The position numbers and the translations under genes are program-made. A stretch of 64,000 nt of DNA, taken from positions 14,082-78,081 of the forward strand of contig JAGYIW010000002.1 of NCBI GenBank assembly GCA_018402195.1. The letters are read 5' to 3'. Below the pieces are notes generated by a model, which was not told the DNA's origin, made no database searches, and was given only the letters and a program-made list of their open reading frames with translations. The DNA is from Gammaproteobacteria bacterium. GTDB lineage: Bacteria; Pseudomonadota; Gammaproteobacteria; M30B25. This document shows, one piece after another, positions 1-9,681 of this stretch; within the stretch, counting starts at the first letter, position 1, and the number at the start of each line of letters is the position of its first letter.

Positions 1-593
1 ATCCTGAGCTGCACGGTGAGGTCAGGTTTGGTTTGCCAGAAGATTTTGCCAGTGTGTTCTTGTCAGATGTTCTGAGTAAATATGCTTCATTACATCCAAG
101 GATTACTGTCAATATTGAATGCGATTTAACGCTAAATTTATTTGAGCGATTTAAGCAAAAAGATTTTGACTTGGTATTAGTGAAAATGTCTCGTCCAGAA
201 ACATTTCCTGAGGGGCTAGAGGTTTGGTCTGAACCTTTGACGTGGGTAGGGAGTCAAGAGTTTTTAGGCTCGAATTATCCAGTCCCATTGGTGCTATCAC
301 CACAGCCTTGTGTGTATCGTTCTAGGGCTATTAAGTCCTTAGAAAATAATAACAGATTGTGGCGAGTGGCCTTTTCCAGTGAAAGCTTTGCTAGCAAGAT
401 CGCCGCAGTGAAGGCGGGCATGGGGATAACTGTACTGCCTAGAAACATGGTGCCAGAAGGACTGACCATACTTAGGGACGACTTAGATCTGCCTGCGTTA
501 GATGATGCGCATGTTTCCATGCTTAAGCATGATAACGATAATAGCGTGGTCAATTCATTTCAAGATTTTGTGGTTAAACATTTACGTGATTAG
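1..593 (+). CDS. LysR-family transcriptional regulator, C-terminal effector-binding domain (5' end upstream of window)
   Basis: Frame open from window edge (..PELHGEVRFGLPEDFASVFL..) to TAG at 593; layout of a LysR substrate-binding domain; no start or HTH inside window. Confidence 0.7.
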   Translation, partial: PELHGEVRFGLPEDFASVFLSDVLSKYASLHPRITVNIECDLTLNLFERFKQKDFDLVLVKMSRPETFPEGLEVWSEPLTWVGSQEFLGSNYPVPLVLSPQPCVYRSRAIKSLENNNRLWRVAFSSESFASKIAAVKAGMGITVLPRNMVPEGLTILRDDLDLPALDDAHVSMLKHDNDNSVVNSFQDFVVKHLRD

Positions 594-651
594 TTAACAA
601 GTTTGTAATACCTGGAGTCTTAGAGCAAAGTTTGCTACTATAGCGCCTGAA

Positions 652-1671
652 ATGAGTAACAAAAAAATTAACATCTGTGGGACATATATTTATCCTGGCG
701 AGGTGGCAAATCTTGCATTGCCTCTGCCTGAGCAATATTCATGTGCGCCATTGTTTATGCCTATCAAAGTGCTGCATGGGGAGCAAGAGGGGCCATGTTT
801 AGTAGTTTTTTCGGTGCTAAAAGGTACTGAGCTTAATGGGCTGGAGATTGCTAATCGCTTGGTCAAAGCCATCAAACCTTCGCAACTCTCAGGTACCGTT
901 ATCGCCATTCCCGTAATGAATATTCATGGACTCACGCACTATCCCTCTGTTTTGTCATCATGCCATGATTTAGCCACTTGTTTTCCTGGGGATGAGCAGG
1001 GCTCCTACGGCGAAAGAATAGCGCATTTAATCACCCAAGAAATTCTCATGAAAGCGGACTACTGTATTGAATTGCAGACAGGTGGCCTCAATCACAACAT
1101 CTTGCCTCAAGTTTATTGTAATTTCGACAATATTCATGCGAGAGAATTAGCAAAAGTCTTTCGATCTCCAGTCGTAACCAACGTCACCTTAGAGGGAAAC
1201 CACCTCAGGCAAACAACCGAAGAACTACAAATCCCCCTGCTAGTTTATCAAGCTGGTGAAGCCATGCGTTTTGATGAAAACGCAATAGAGCTGGGATTGT
1301 CAGGGATACAGAGTGTTATGCGTACGATTGATATGTTGGCAAAAGAACCAGAACAAGAAACCATTCCGATTTTTTCAAGAGATGAAGATTGGTTGCTTGC
1401 ACACAAAGGTGGCATTTTGCATCCGACTGTGGCACTTGGGCAAACAGTTGAGAAAGGCGAGTTGATGGGTAATGTGAGTGATCCTTTTGGGGCTGATGTT
1501 ATTGAGCCAGTGAAATCACCTAAGAAAGGCATTGTGGTTGGGGTCAATACCTCACCACTCATCCATGAAGGATTGCCTATTTTCAAAATTGCCTCTTTCC
1601 TAGATTGTGACAAAGCAGAAACAGCCATTGAAGCATGGGACCAAAATCAACCCGACAGTTATATAGGCTAG
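652..1671 (+). CDS. succinylglutamate desuccinylase/aspartoacylase (AstE/AspA, M14-like) family deacylase
   Basis: 339-aa ATG ORF; family-level resemblance recalled from sequence (not computed). Confidence 0.55.
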   Translation: MSNKKINICGTYIYPGEVANLALPLPEQYSCAPLFMPIKVLHGEQEGPCLVVFSVLKGTELNGLEIANRLVKAIKPSQLSGTVIAIPVMNIHGLTHYPSVLSSCHDLATCFPGDEQGSYGERIAHLITQEILMKADYCIELQTGGLNHNILPQVYCNFDNIHARELAKVFRSPVVTNVTLEGNHLRQTTEELQIPLLVYQAGEAMRFDENAIELGLSGIQSVMRTIDMLAKEPEQETIPIFSRDEDWLLAHKGGILHPTVALGQTVEKGELMGNVSDPFGADVIEPVKSPKKGIVVGVNTSPLIHEGLPIFKIASFLDCDKAETAIEAWDQNQPDSYIG

Positions 1672-1677
1672 TCAATT

Positions 1678-2949
1678 ATGGTTGATAATAAAATGCAAGC
1701 TAGGGGCTTTCTTGTTTGGGGCATTTGTGCGTTATTTTTTCTTTATGAATTTTTTTTAAGAACTGTGCTGGGTACATACCAGCATCAAGTCATGTTCGAT
1801 TTAGATATCAACACGTTTGAGTTTTCCTTATTGAGCACAACTACTTTTTTACTCATTTATGGTGGCATGCAGATCCCAGTAGGTCTTATTGCAAATAAGT
1901 TTGGGTTGAAGAAATCTCTGATGTGTGCAAGTTTGTGTTGTGCGATTGCGGCCATAGGTTTGGCGTCTGCGCATACCTATGTTCTTGCACTATTTTACCG
2001 GACCCTAATGGGGCTGGGTGCTTCTTTTGGTTTTGTCTGTGTCTTGTTGTCTGTACACGATTGGATGCCGCATAAATACAGTGCCATCTTTATTGGTTTA
2101 TCGCAATTTATTGGCACTATGGGGCCTATGATTGCCGCTGGGCCATTGGAAAGCTTGTCCTCATCAGATGCTGCGATTGGGTGGCGCAGTATATTTGTAG
2201 TGCTAAGTTTGGTAGGTTTGGTTTTGATGGGATTGACCTGGCTTTTTGTGGAAAATAATGTCAGGAAGTCAGGTGAATATAAAATATTGCATCGACCAGA
2301 AAAGGCTTTATCTGCAATGCGTGGGTTGTTTTCCGCGGTGCAGCCATGGAGTATTGCTGTAGTTTCAGCATGCTTGTATTTTTCGATTGAGTATTTGTCA
2401 GAGAATGAAGGGCGCTCATTTTTGGATTTAAAGGGTATTGCAGCAAGTCATGCAGGATACATAATTACCACGGCATGGATAGGTTATGCCATTGGATGCC
2501 CACTGCTCGGGGTAATTTCAGATTTTTTTGAACGACGTAAAAAGTTACTCGATATATGTGCAATACTATCGGTAGCTGCCGTTATCATGGTGCTTTATGC
2601 AAGCAACGAAAAGCTTTTGTTGTTTGCTTTCTTTCTGCTAGGGGTTGGTGCGGGGGGACAAAGTATTGGGTTTGCCATTATTGCTGAGCAGTTTAAGAAG
2701 CAGTTTGTCGCTGTTGGCTTTGGTCTTAACAATGCAGTAATCACCATTTTTTCAGCAATAAATGCCCCTATTATCGGGTTTTTGCTGGATTACAGTCGCC
2801 ATGGTCAGTCATTATCTTTGGCTAATTATCTTTCTGTGTTCAATATTCTTATTGTCATAGTCCTTGTAGCACTGGTGGTTTCAGGCCTTTGTATTAAGGA
2901 GACATATGGTAAATCGGCTGTAGATTTTACGATTTTAACAGTTAGATAA
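1678..2949 (+). CDS. MFS transporter
   Basis: 423-aa ORF, about 12 hydrophobic spans, two-halves architecture; followed by a strong terminator. Confidence 0.75.
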   Translation: MVDNKMQARGFLVWGICALFFLYEFFLRTVLGTYQHQVMFDLDINTFEFSLLSTTTFLLIYGGMQIPVGLIANKFGLKKSLMCASLCCAIAAIGLASAHTYVLALFYRTLMGLGASFGFVCVLLSVHDWMPHKYSAIFIGLSQFIGTMGPMIAAGPLESLSSSDAAIGWRSIFVVLSLVGLVLMGLTWLFVENNVRKSGEYKILHRPEKALSAMRGLFSAVQPWSIAVVSACLYFSIEYLSENEGRSFLDLKGIAASHAGYIITTAWIGYAIGCPLLGVISDFFERRKKLLDICAILSVAAVIMVLYASNEKLLLFAFFLLGVGAGGQSIGFAIIAEQFKKQFVAVGFGLNNAVITIFSAINAPIIGFLLDYSRHGQSLSLANYLSVFNILIVIVLVALVVSGLCIKETYGKSAVDFTILTVR

Positions 2950-2978
2950 TTTGCATAATTTATTGGTAGAAGGTCAAT

Positions 2979-3002
2979 GGGTGAAGCAATTCACCCTTTT
3001 TT
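2979..3002 (+). terminator. rho-independent terminator after MFS gene
   Basis: GGGTGAA-gcaa-TTCACCC hairpin followed by TTTTTT. Confidence 0.75.
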
Positions 3003-3074
3003 AGACGGGAATGGCCACATTTAAGTAAACCTACCATTTTACCCAGCACCCATGCTATAGTTTCTGCCTATTTC

Positions 3075-3165
3075 GGAGAGGTGCCCGAGCGGTCGAAGGG
3101 GCACGCCTGGAAAGCGTGTGTGCGTGAATAACGTACCGAGGGTTCGAATCCCTCTCTCTCCGCCA
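3075..3165 (+). tRNA. tRNA-Ser (anticodon GGA), type II with long variable arm, CCA encoded
   Basis: GGAGAGG..CCTCTCC acceptor pairing, D-loop GAGCGGTCGAA, anticodon loop CTGGAAA, long variable arm, GGTTCGAATCC T-arm, terminal CGCCA. Confidence 0.9.
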
Positions 3166-3174
3166 GCTTTCGTT

Positions 3175-3361
3175 TCTCGAAAAGTTTTTGCTGGATTTTC
3201 TGGGTTTACAAAGTCGCCTTTAAACCCCAGTACTCATGGGCTTTTAGCGGGTTTCAGTCACGCAACACATGCGTACCTAGAGAATCGCAAAACCACCGAT
3301 TTTACCCCAAAATCTCCCATTTTATTCTCCGTTTCACCGTTACATACGAACGTCGGTGGTC
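3175..3361. repeat. left arm of about 185-bp imperfect inverted repeat
   Basis: Reverse complement of 4309-4492 aligns by eye; inner about 110 bp roughly 85-90 percent identical (..ACATGCGTACCTAGAGAATCGCAAAACCACCGATTTTACCCCAAAATCTCCC..). Confidence 0.6.
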
Positions 3362-3595
3362 AAAGTACGCATGTCCAGAGCCCTTGATTTTACTGGGTTT
3401 TGCGAAAATGGGTCTTGAGGTTCGTTATTGGGGCGGAGAATAGGGGCATGTACCCGTAGAACGAGAATTTTCTGCTGAAAGGTACCTAATGTGGTAAAAT
3501 TATACTAGGGAATCCTTAGGTTAATCAGTGAGTTATTTGGTTAAATAGTGGATTAATTTTAGGTTCTGTGGGAGCTATAAAAATGAGGATACAGC

Positions 3596-3750
3596 ATGCA
3601 AGTAGAAGTAATTAAAGCCACCATAGAACAGAAGCCCGTACTGGCTAATCTATTAGAACTATACGCCTACGACTTCACAGGATTTTGTGACTTTGATATT
3701 GGCGATGATGGTTTTTTATGGATATGAACGCCTGCCTTTGTATTCGACAG
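3596..3750 (+). pseudogene. GNAT-family acetyltransferase, 5' fragment (frameshifted, then truncated by IS fragment)
   Basis: MQVEVIKATIEQKPVLANLLELYAYDFTGFCDFDIGDDGF then stop. The other frame continues YGYERLPLY after a T6 run (3712-3717). Homology ends where the IS-derived sequence starts. Confidence 0.45.
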
Positions 3751-4307
3751 ATCGCTAGTGCAAACTATCTATCCTAATGTTTGCTGGTCGATGGATTTCA
3801 TGTCAGACGCAGTATATTGTGGGCGTAAATTTAGGATGTTTAACATCATTGATGATTATAACCGTGAAGCTATATTAGTTGAACCATAATTACCTCGCTC
3901 GTGTAGCAGGGTTATTATTGATATGCTAGATATGATTGTACATCTGAGCGGGGTTACCCAGAGATAATTCGAGTAGATAATGGCACATGTGTAATCTCAT
4001 CATCTATTTTAAAGAGTGGGCTAATCGCAGCATCACATCTTAGTTCGGTCGTAAAACCAACTCTGCAAACCACCACAAAATGGTTTTGTTCAATCGGACC
4101 TTAGAGAGGATGCGATATGAACTTGTTTGGTTCTTTGCGAGAAGTTAGGGGCTATCACTCGTGACTAAGAATAAGGGCAATCAAGAGCGTCCGCATCGTA
4201 ATCACTGGAAGGTTAACGCCAGTTTCTTTGCTGAACAGAGGGAAAAAAGGTTAACACATAAGTTGGGAAACTCTACTTTTAACTAGTTTTAAAAATGGGA
4301 GGGTTAC
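3748..4307 (+). mobile_element. degraded 3' fragment of the IS3-family element (matches 12782-13343)
   Basis: Colinear with the orfB 3' half and right terminal GGGAGGGTTAC of the intact copy; many indels and substitutions, no long ORF. Confidence 0.8.
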
Positions 4308-4308
4308 A

Positions 4309-4492
4309 GACCGACGTTCGCATCTAACGGAGAAACGGAGAACAAAAAGGGAGATTTTGGGGTAAAAATCGGTGATTTTGCGATTCTCTAGGGTACGCAT
4401 GTGTCGGGCGACTAAAAACGCGCTAAAGCCTATGAATTACTGAGGTTCGAGGGTAGTTAATTTGAAAAATGACGCCCAAAAAAAGTTCGAGC
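4309..4492. repeat. right arm of about 185-bp imperfect inverted repeat
   Basis: Reverse complement aligns with 3175-3361; starts 1 nt after the IS fragment end. Confidence 0.6.
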
Positions 4493-4639
4493 TGTAAACC
4501 TGTTGAGGTTGCTTCCCCGTCATAGTGTTTCTAAACTGGGTGGGAAATAGAAATTAATCCCATCTGGTTTAGGTATTTACACTGTTCAGGAGCAAAATCT
4601 TCCCTAAATTAAGCTGCTCTGACTAAGCTTTGAGCTCAG

Positions 4640-4678
4640 ATGTCCTTATAGTTACTCTATTTGTAACTTTAGGGACAT
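4640..4678. repeat. 39-bp imperfect palindrome, copy 1
   Basis: ATGTCCTTATAGTTACtctattTGTAACTTTAGGGACAT; ATGTCC/GGACAT and AGTTAC/GTAACT arms. Confidence 0.6.
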
Positions 4679-4731
4679 GTTTCTCTAAAAAACCCAAATT
4701 AGCTTGGATTTACAAGTATTTTCTGATTAAT

Positions 4732-4769
4732 ATGTCCTTATAGTTACACTATTTGTAACTTACGGACAT
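4732..4769. repeat. 38-bp imperfect palindrome, copy 2
   Basis: ATGTCCTTATAGTTACactattTGTAACTTACGGACAT, 92 bp downstream of copy 1. Confidence 0.6.
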
Positions 4770-5868
4770 AATAACTATGAACTTAAAATATACATAAAAA
4801 GACGTCAGAAAAGACGGAAAACAATACTTCACTATTGAAGATGTCATCAAAAATTTCAGTTGCATTTTATGCAAGAGTTGCATTACAGGTTGGGGCCTGT
4901 TACACCACATTGTTCCACAACGCTGTAAATTTAAAATATTTGACTGAACTCCAGAATGTCCACAGTTACACCATGGCTCTCCATTCCACCACAAGAGTTA
5001 GTCCCTTTGGTGATGAGATATTTAGATGCAAATTATTATGTTGCCTTTGTTGAGTGCTGGATTATTGCATGGGGCAACCCATCAAAACCAGCAAGATCAA
5101 GTTATATCAGATAAACGTAATGCTAACTTCATCTTGGTGATGTGGAAATTGATTATATTTATAAAAATCTATTTTAAATTTACCAACTCAAGATTTTACC
5201 GTGGCTACTGCCTGGCTATCTTAAAGTTGCAACTCCTGGAATTGGTTGCGCTTGATTTATTTAAATTTCAATCATGCTGGCGGTTTAAACCATATTGCAA
5301 CAGTATTTTCAGAGCTCATTGAAAACCTTAGATCCTATTAAACTAATAGATCTTGCAATTACCCCAGTCGTCAGTTGCAGCGTATTACATTCTAGACATT
5401 GATCTTATGGATGGAAGATAATGTTTGAAATAACATCAAGCCTTTACACAGCATGTGCAGAAAAACAAACCAAAGTATTCTGCATCTGAAATTTCTAAAG
5501 CAGGTTATCCAATGTGAGAAGGTAAGGAGAATATTAAACACAGGAGCTGAGAGTGATTTAAGAATGATTCTGAAGATTTTATTAAAGTTGCTAAACGTCC
5601 TGATGGCAAATGGATGAACAGAAATCAAGATTAATTATTAGCCGAGCATTATTGATTTATATAATGACCCGCATATTAGGGAAGCTCTTGTGTTTTAGAG
5701 GTGGCACTATGCTCAATAAACTGTTTTTAGAGCCTCCAAAAGAGAGTAGTGAGACATAGACTTGTCCAAAAAGACCTGATCCTATTGGGCAAACCATCTC
5801 TATTAGAAAGCTACTAAAACCATGGATGGGAGAGCCAAAATGGAAAATCACGCAGCGTGGTAAAGCTT

Positions 5869-6998
5869 GTAACCCTCCCTATTTTTAAAAAACTGTTGGT
5901 GGGTGGAGTCAAACATAGGTGCATTTTTTTCCCAATGTTCAGCAAAAGAAACTGGCGTTAACCCTTCCAGTGATTGATGCGGACGTCTGATTATACATAA
6001 TTAGCCAGTCACGAGTGAGCCCTGCTGCAAAGAACCAAACGTTCATATCAAGAACATCCTCTCTAAAGGTCCGATTACTGCCTATCAAACCATTTTGTGA
6101 TGGTTTGCCGGGTTGGATGAGTATTGAACCATGATGCCGATTAGCCTCACCTTTAAAAGTAGATGATAATGAATTCCTTGCCATTATCTATACTGAATTA
6201 TTCAACCCGATGCAATCAATCTAGCATATCAATAACCCTGTTGCAGGCAGTGAGTAGCTTTTGGTTCAGCCAATATAGCTTCATTGTTGCACCATCACTG
6301 ATTTTAAAAGATCTATCGCTCATTAACAGTGCGTCTGACATGAAATCCATCGACCAGCAAACACAGGGATAGATAGTTTGGTACCAGCGATCTGGCCTTC
6401 ACCTCTTGGGTATTCGCTTTGCGGGTTTATACGGAATATTTAGAACACTTGCATATGCCGTACACGCTTTGAGGATTCCATGTTTTTGTCAGCCTTCAGT
6501 TTATCCATCATTTTATCAACCATCGTTTTGTTCATCACAAAGATTGTAAGCACGTTTATCGCAGCATCACCTTCATGCATTTTCTTTCGGCTTATATATA
6601 TTAGTTTTACTATCGAAACCATCGCAGGCGTTAATGCTAACAGTGTATTGTCTTTCAAATCCTCGATCAACATCCGTCAGAGTATCTCTGGGAACTTTTT
6701 TTCAATTCACCTCCCTAATTTTGTGTTCAGACTAATATCAGCATACATGCCTTTAAGGTGGTTTTCAGCCTCATGCTTTCAGTGTTAGCTCTGATTAGTA
6801 TCCCAATGTACTTGATTCGCTGTAGTGGGTGTTGCCAGCACCTTATATTTACGATGAGATAATATCATTGACAGGCATGCCTGCCTCTGCCTCATTTAGC
6901 ATGTTAAACACTTGTGTATCTGTTAATTGGTCTCCTGTTTCATTAAAATTTAACAGAAAACTCTTCTTTTGGGCAGTCTTATTCTAGGGGAGGGTTAC
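5869..6998 (-). mobile_element. degraded near-full-length copy of the IS3-family element, inverted orientation
   Basis: Both terminal GTAACCCTCCC/GGGAGGGTTAC ends present; colinear with 12128-13343 on the minus strand; about 86 bp shorter, many substitutions and indels; only short ORF fragments. Confidence 0.8.
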
Positions 6999-7107
6999 CC
7001 GATTTATCTCTAAAAGCGCCAGAAAAGACAGTAAGTGAAACTAAGTCTCGGGTTGCAGCTAGTAAACCCAGACCCAAGATAGTCAAAAGCAAATGGATTA
7101 GTGGTGC

Positions 7108-8307
7108 TTAAAAATTCTCTTTGATTATTTTTGTTATAGCGGAATCAATCAATTTACTACTTGAAGTAGCGACGCCAGCATCTTTTGCAAAATCAGACCA
7201 TTTAGCAACAGATGATTTTACTTCATCAATAATTTTAAGCGCATCAGATTTTTTTATATTGCTGATTTTAGCTAGCTCTAGCAATTGATTGATGCCAGGG
7301 TTTTTGCCTTCGCCCATGACCATCGAGCAATGCTCACCACTAGGTCCTGAAGAAAAGGTTAAATCGTAAGAAGGAGAAACCTTCCAAACGCCTTTTGGAT
7401 CCATTAAAAAGGAGAAGTTTTTAGAGTGATCATCTCGGTTATGGCTTAAGACGTTGAAAACGCAGCCTCTATATTGTTTTTCGCTTTCTTTCATATCCTT
7501 AGTTAAATGCATGGTTGCCTTCATGATCATTTCATAGTCAAGGCTTGGAGTTCTATGATCTGCATGTAGCAGACCACTTATCGTATGCATGTGAACTCTG
7601 GAATTATCTGTTTTATCAAATCTAGCGCTGCCAAAAAAACCAAGGCCTTTGCGCGCTGGAAATAATTTAGCTTTCGGCAGTTCAAGACCTGCATCCCCAG
7701 CCATCAGATGATAAGCATATTCAATTGCACCGATATCTTTTGGATCTAAGTGAGATGGAAATTTAATCAGCCAATGCTCATCATCAAGATGCATTAAAAC
7801 TTTTGGCCGAACACCTGCAGAAGAGCCACCAAGACTCAGTAAATCTTCCACATATTTATCATCATCATGCTCTTGAAATTCAGCGATTTCTTCAGCAATT
7901 TCATCTAAAGATTCATGCGGAATATTTGGCGCGTGCTCTGCCTCCGGTTCGTAAATTAAAGCTCCCATACCACCCGAGCCTACAAAACAAAGCCTATCAA
8001 GTACAGATAGGCTGCCAGGGTTGATATTGTGTTTGATGAGCGCGCGATCTAGCAGTAATCTTCCCCAGCCATCAGGTAGAGAGTCATTAAAAACACCAAA
8101 TAAACCATCAAAAGTAAAATCATCTCCTGCTATTACACCGGATTTAAGTGGTAATTTGAATGGAGATAAATTAAGACCAGTTTCTATAAAGCTCGCATCA
8201 TATTCAAAAAAAAGCTTGCGGTTATTCAGGGCCAATCGACCGACAAAAATTTTATCATCCATAGGTTTGTAGTAAACATGGACAAATTTTACAAGATTAA
8301 ATTTCAT
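7108..8307 (-). CDS. hipA: HipA-family serine/threonine kinase toxin (type II TA)
   Basis: 399-aa ORF; SLGGSSAGVRPK loop, catalytic HNRDDHSKNFS, SYDLTFS; ATGA overlap with the upstream HTH gene. Confidence 0.85.
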   Translation of the reverse strand: MKFNLVKFVHVYYKPMDDKIFVGRLALNNRKLFFEYDASFIETGLNLSPFKLPLKSGVIAGDDFTFDGLFGVFNDSLPDGWGRLLLDRALIKHNINPGSLSVLDRLCFVGSGGMGALIYEPEAEHAPNIPHESLDEIAEEIAEFQEHDDDKYVEDLLSLGGSSAGVRPKVLMHLDDEHWLIKFPSHLDPKDIGAIEYAYHLMAGDAGLELPKAKLFPARKGLGFFGSARFDKTDNSRVHMHTISGLLHADHRTPSLDYEMIMKATMHLTKDMKESEKQYRGCVFNVLSHNRDDHSKNFSFLMDPKGVWKVSPSYDLTFSSGPSGEHCSMVMGEGKNPGINQLLELAKISNIKKSDALKIIDEVKSSVAKWSDFAKDAGVATSSSKLIDSAITKIIKENF

Positions 8308-8603
8308 TTGCGGCCTCTTTTTCTAGGGTGGTCATCTAAAAGCTCATCAAGAGATGCAGGTAATTTATCATCCATTTTAGCAAAAAGATGTTCAAACTGA
8401 TCCATCTCACCAAGCGCCAGGGCAATTTTCAGCAATGACTCCAATGATATTTGCCCCTTTTGCTCAAACTTCTTCAACGTGCCATAACTTACCCCTGACT
8501 TTTCAGACAGAGTTTGCTGACTCAAGTTGAGTTTCAAGCGCTTCTCTTGAGCTTTTTTAGCAATTTCGTTAGCCACCTCAAATGGCGATTTTATTGATAT
8601 CAT
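8304..8603 (-). CDS. hipB: XRE-family HTH antitoxin (HipB-like)
   Basis: 99-aa ORF with LSQQTLSEKSGVSYGTLKKFEQ HTH; 4-nt overlap with hipA. Confidence 0.75.
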   Translation of the reverse strand: MISIKSPFEVANEIAKKAQEKRLKLNLSQQTLSEKSGVSYGTLKKFEQKGQISLESLLKIALALGEMDQFEHLFAKMDDKLPASLDELLDDHPRKRGRK

Positions 8604-8632
8604 AACAACCCTTATCTGCTATTTATGCCTAT

Positions 8633-8654
8633 AGTAGATATTATAATATCTACT
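8633..8654. promoter_or_regulatory. 22-bp perfect palindrome, candidate HipB operator overlapping a TATAAT box
   Basis: AGTAGATATTATAATATCTACT lies 30-50 nt upstream of the hipB start; contains TATAAT readable on both strands. Confidence 0.5.
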
Positions 8655-8765
8655 CAAGAATAAGTCAACTCAGGTCTCAATATCTCCCAGCGAACGCTTT
8701 ATAGTCAGTTTCTGAATATCACCCCTAAGAGGCATGGAATTTTAGGAAATTTAAGAGAATAGGCA

Positions 8766-9104
8766 ATGTATAACACTGACGATTTAGCGCAAATTGAAAG
8801 CGCCATATTAAAACTGCAAAGCGGTGAGCGCGTGGTATCGGTGGCTTATGGCGACCATGCCGTTAAATATGCTGAAGTAGATTTGCAAGAATTAATTAGC
8901 CTACGCAATAAAATCAGACGTGAGCCTTGGCTTAGCCGGGTACTACTTAAACTCTATGAGCTTGATCAATATGATGATGCAGAATTAGTGCGTAAAAAAA
9001 CCGCTGCGATGTTTGCAGGCTTTATTACCAGACTTGATCCTGAAAGTAATTTCGTGGGTGAAGCCGACAGATTCTTTCTCTGTAGACGGGTTACTAGTGT
9101 CTAG
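8766..9104 (+). pseudogene. prophage remnant: gpW-like head-tail joining protein fused to an internal portal-protein fragment
   Basis: First about 55 aa (MYNTDDLAQIESAILKLQSGERVVSVAYGDHAVKYAEVDLQELISLRNKI) look gpW-like. The remainder (..YELDQYDDAELVRKKTAAMFAGFITRLDPE..) looks like a lambda-type portal mid-section. No other phage genes nearby. Confidence 0.45.
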
Positions 9105-9115
9105 AGCACAGGTAT

Positions 9116-9162
9116 AAAAAAGGGCAGAAACTTGAAGGAGAATCTCTCCCAAGGTCCTGCCC
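9116..9162 (-). terminator. terminator downstream of hsp20 (hairpin usable on both strands)
   Basis: GGGCAG..(internal GGAGA-atc-TCTCC)..CTGCCC hairpin followed by a T6 run on the minus strand. Confidence 0.55.
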
Positions 9163-9180
9163 TTTATTAGTGACAGTGAA

Positions 9181-9603
9181 TTAGCTCTCGTCTTTGATCT
9201 CTATTGAGTGGGTTTTTGCTTCTTTGGCTTTGGGAATGGTGAGGTTAAGTACACCATCTTTGTAAGAGGCCTCAACTTGTTCACCAGAAACCGAGTCAGG
9301 CAAGCTGAAACTGCGTACGAACTGGCCATAAGCACACTCCACGCGATGAGATTTGCCTTCATCACTCTCTTTTTTATAATGCTTTTCGCCTTTTATAGTG
9401 AGGGTGCCATTCTCAAAAGTTACACTGACATCCTCTTTACTGACGCCCGGCAATTCAGCTTTGATGGTATAGGCATCTCGCCTTTCTGCAATATCAACAC
9501 GTGGCGCCCAGTCCGCCAAGGCCTTACTAGGCTGTCTGCGTAGAAACTGATCAAAAAAAGAATCCATTTCGGTGAGTGGGCTGGAAATTAGCATGTTCAT
9601 CAT
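9181..9603 (-). CDS. Hsp20/alpha-crystallin family small heat-shock protein
   Basis: alpha-crystallin core (PRVDIAERRDAYTIKAELPGVSKEDVSVTFENGTLTIKGEK..DGVLNLTIPK); GGAGG just upstream of the ATG pair; the ORF track starts at TTG 9612. Confidence 0.85.
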   Translation of the reverse strand: MMNMLISSPLTEMDSFFDQFLRRQPSKALADWAPRVDIAERRDAYTIKAELPGVSKEDVSVTFENGTLTIKGEKHYKKESDEGKSHRVECAYGQFVRSFSLPDSVSGEQVEASYKDGVLNLTIPKAKEAKTHSIEIKDES

Positions 9604-9681
9604 GGCCTCCAAATTGTTGCATTAAATAAATGGTGGCTCTGACATCCTTAGTCGGCACAAGATGTCTTCGCTACACCACAC

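Noticed and set aside
3118-3387. 89-aa ORF overlapping tRNA-Ser and the inverted-repeat arm
   Set aside because: It starts inside the tRNA gene and runs through repeat sequence. It has no SD and no similarity to anything, so it is an ORF-caller artefact.
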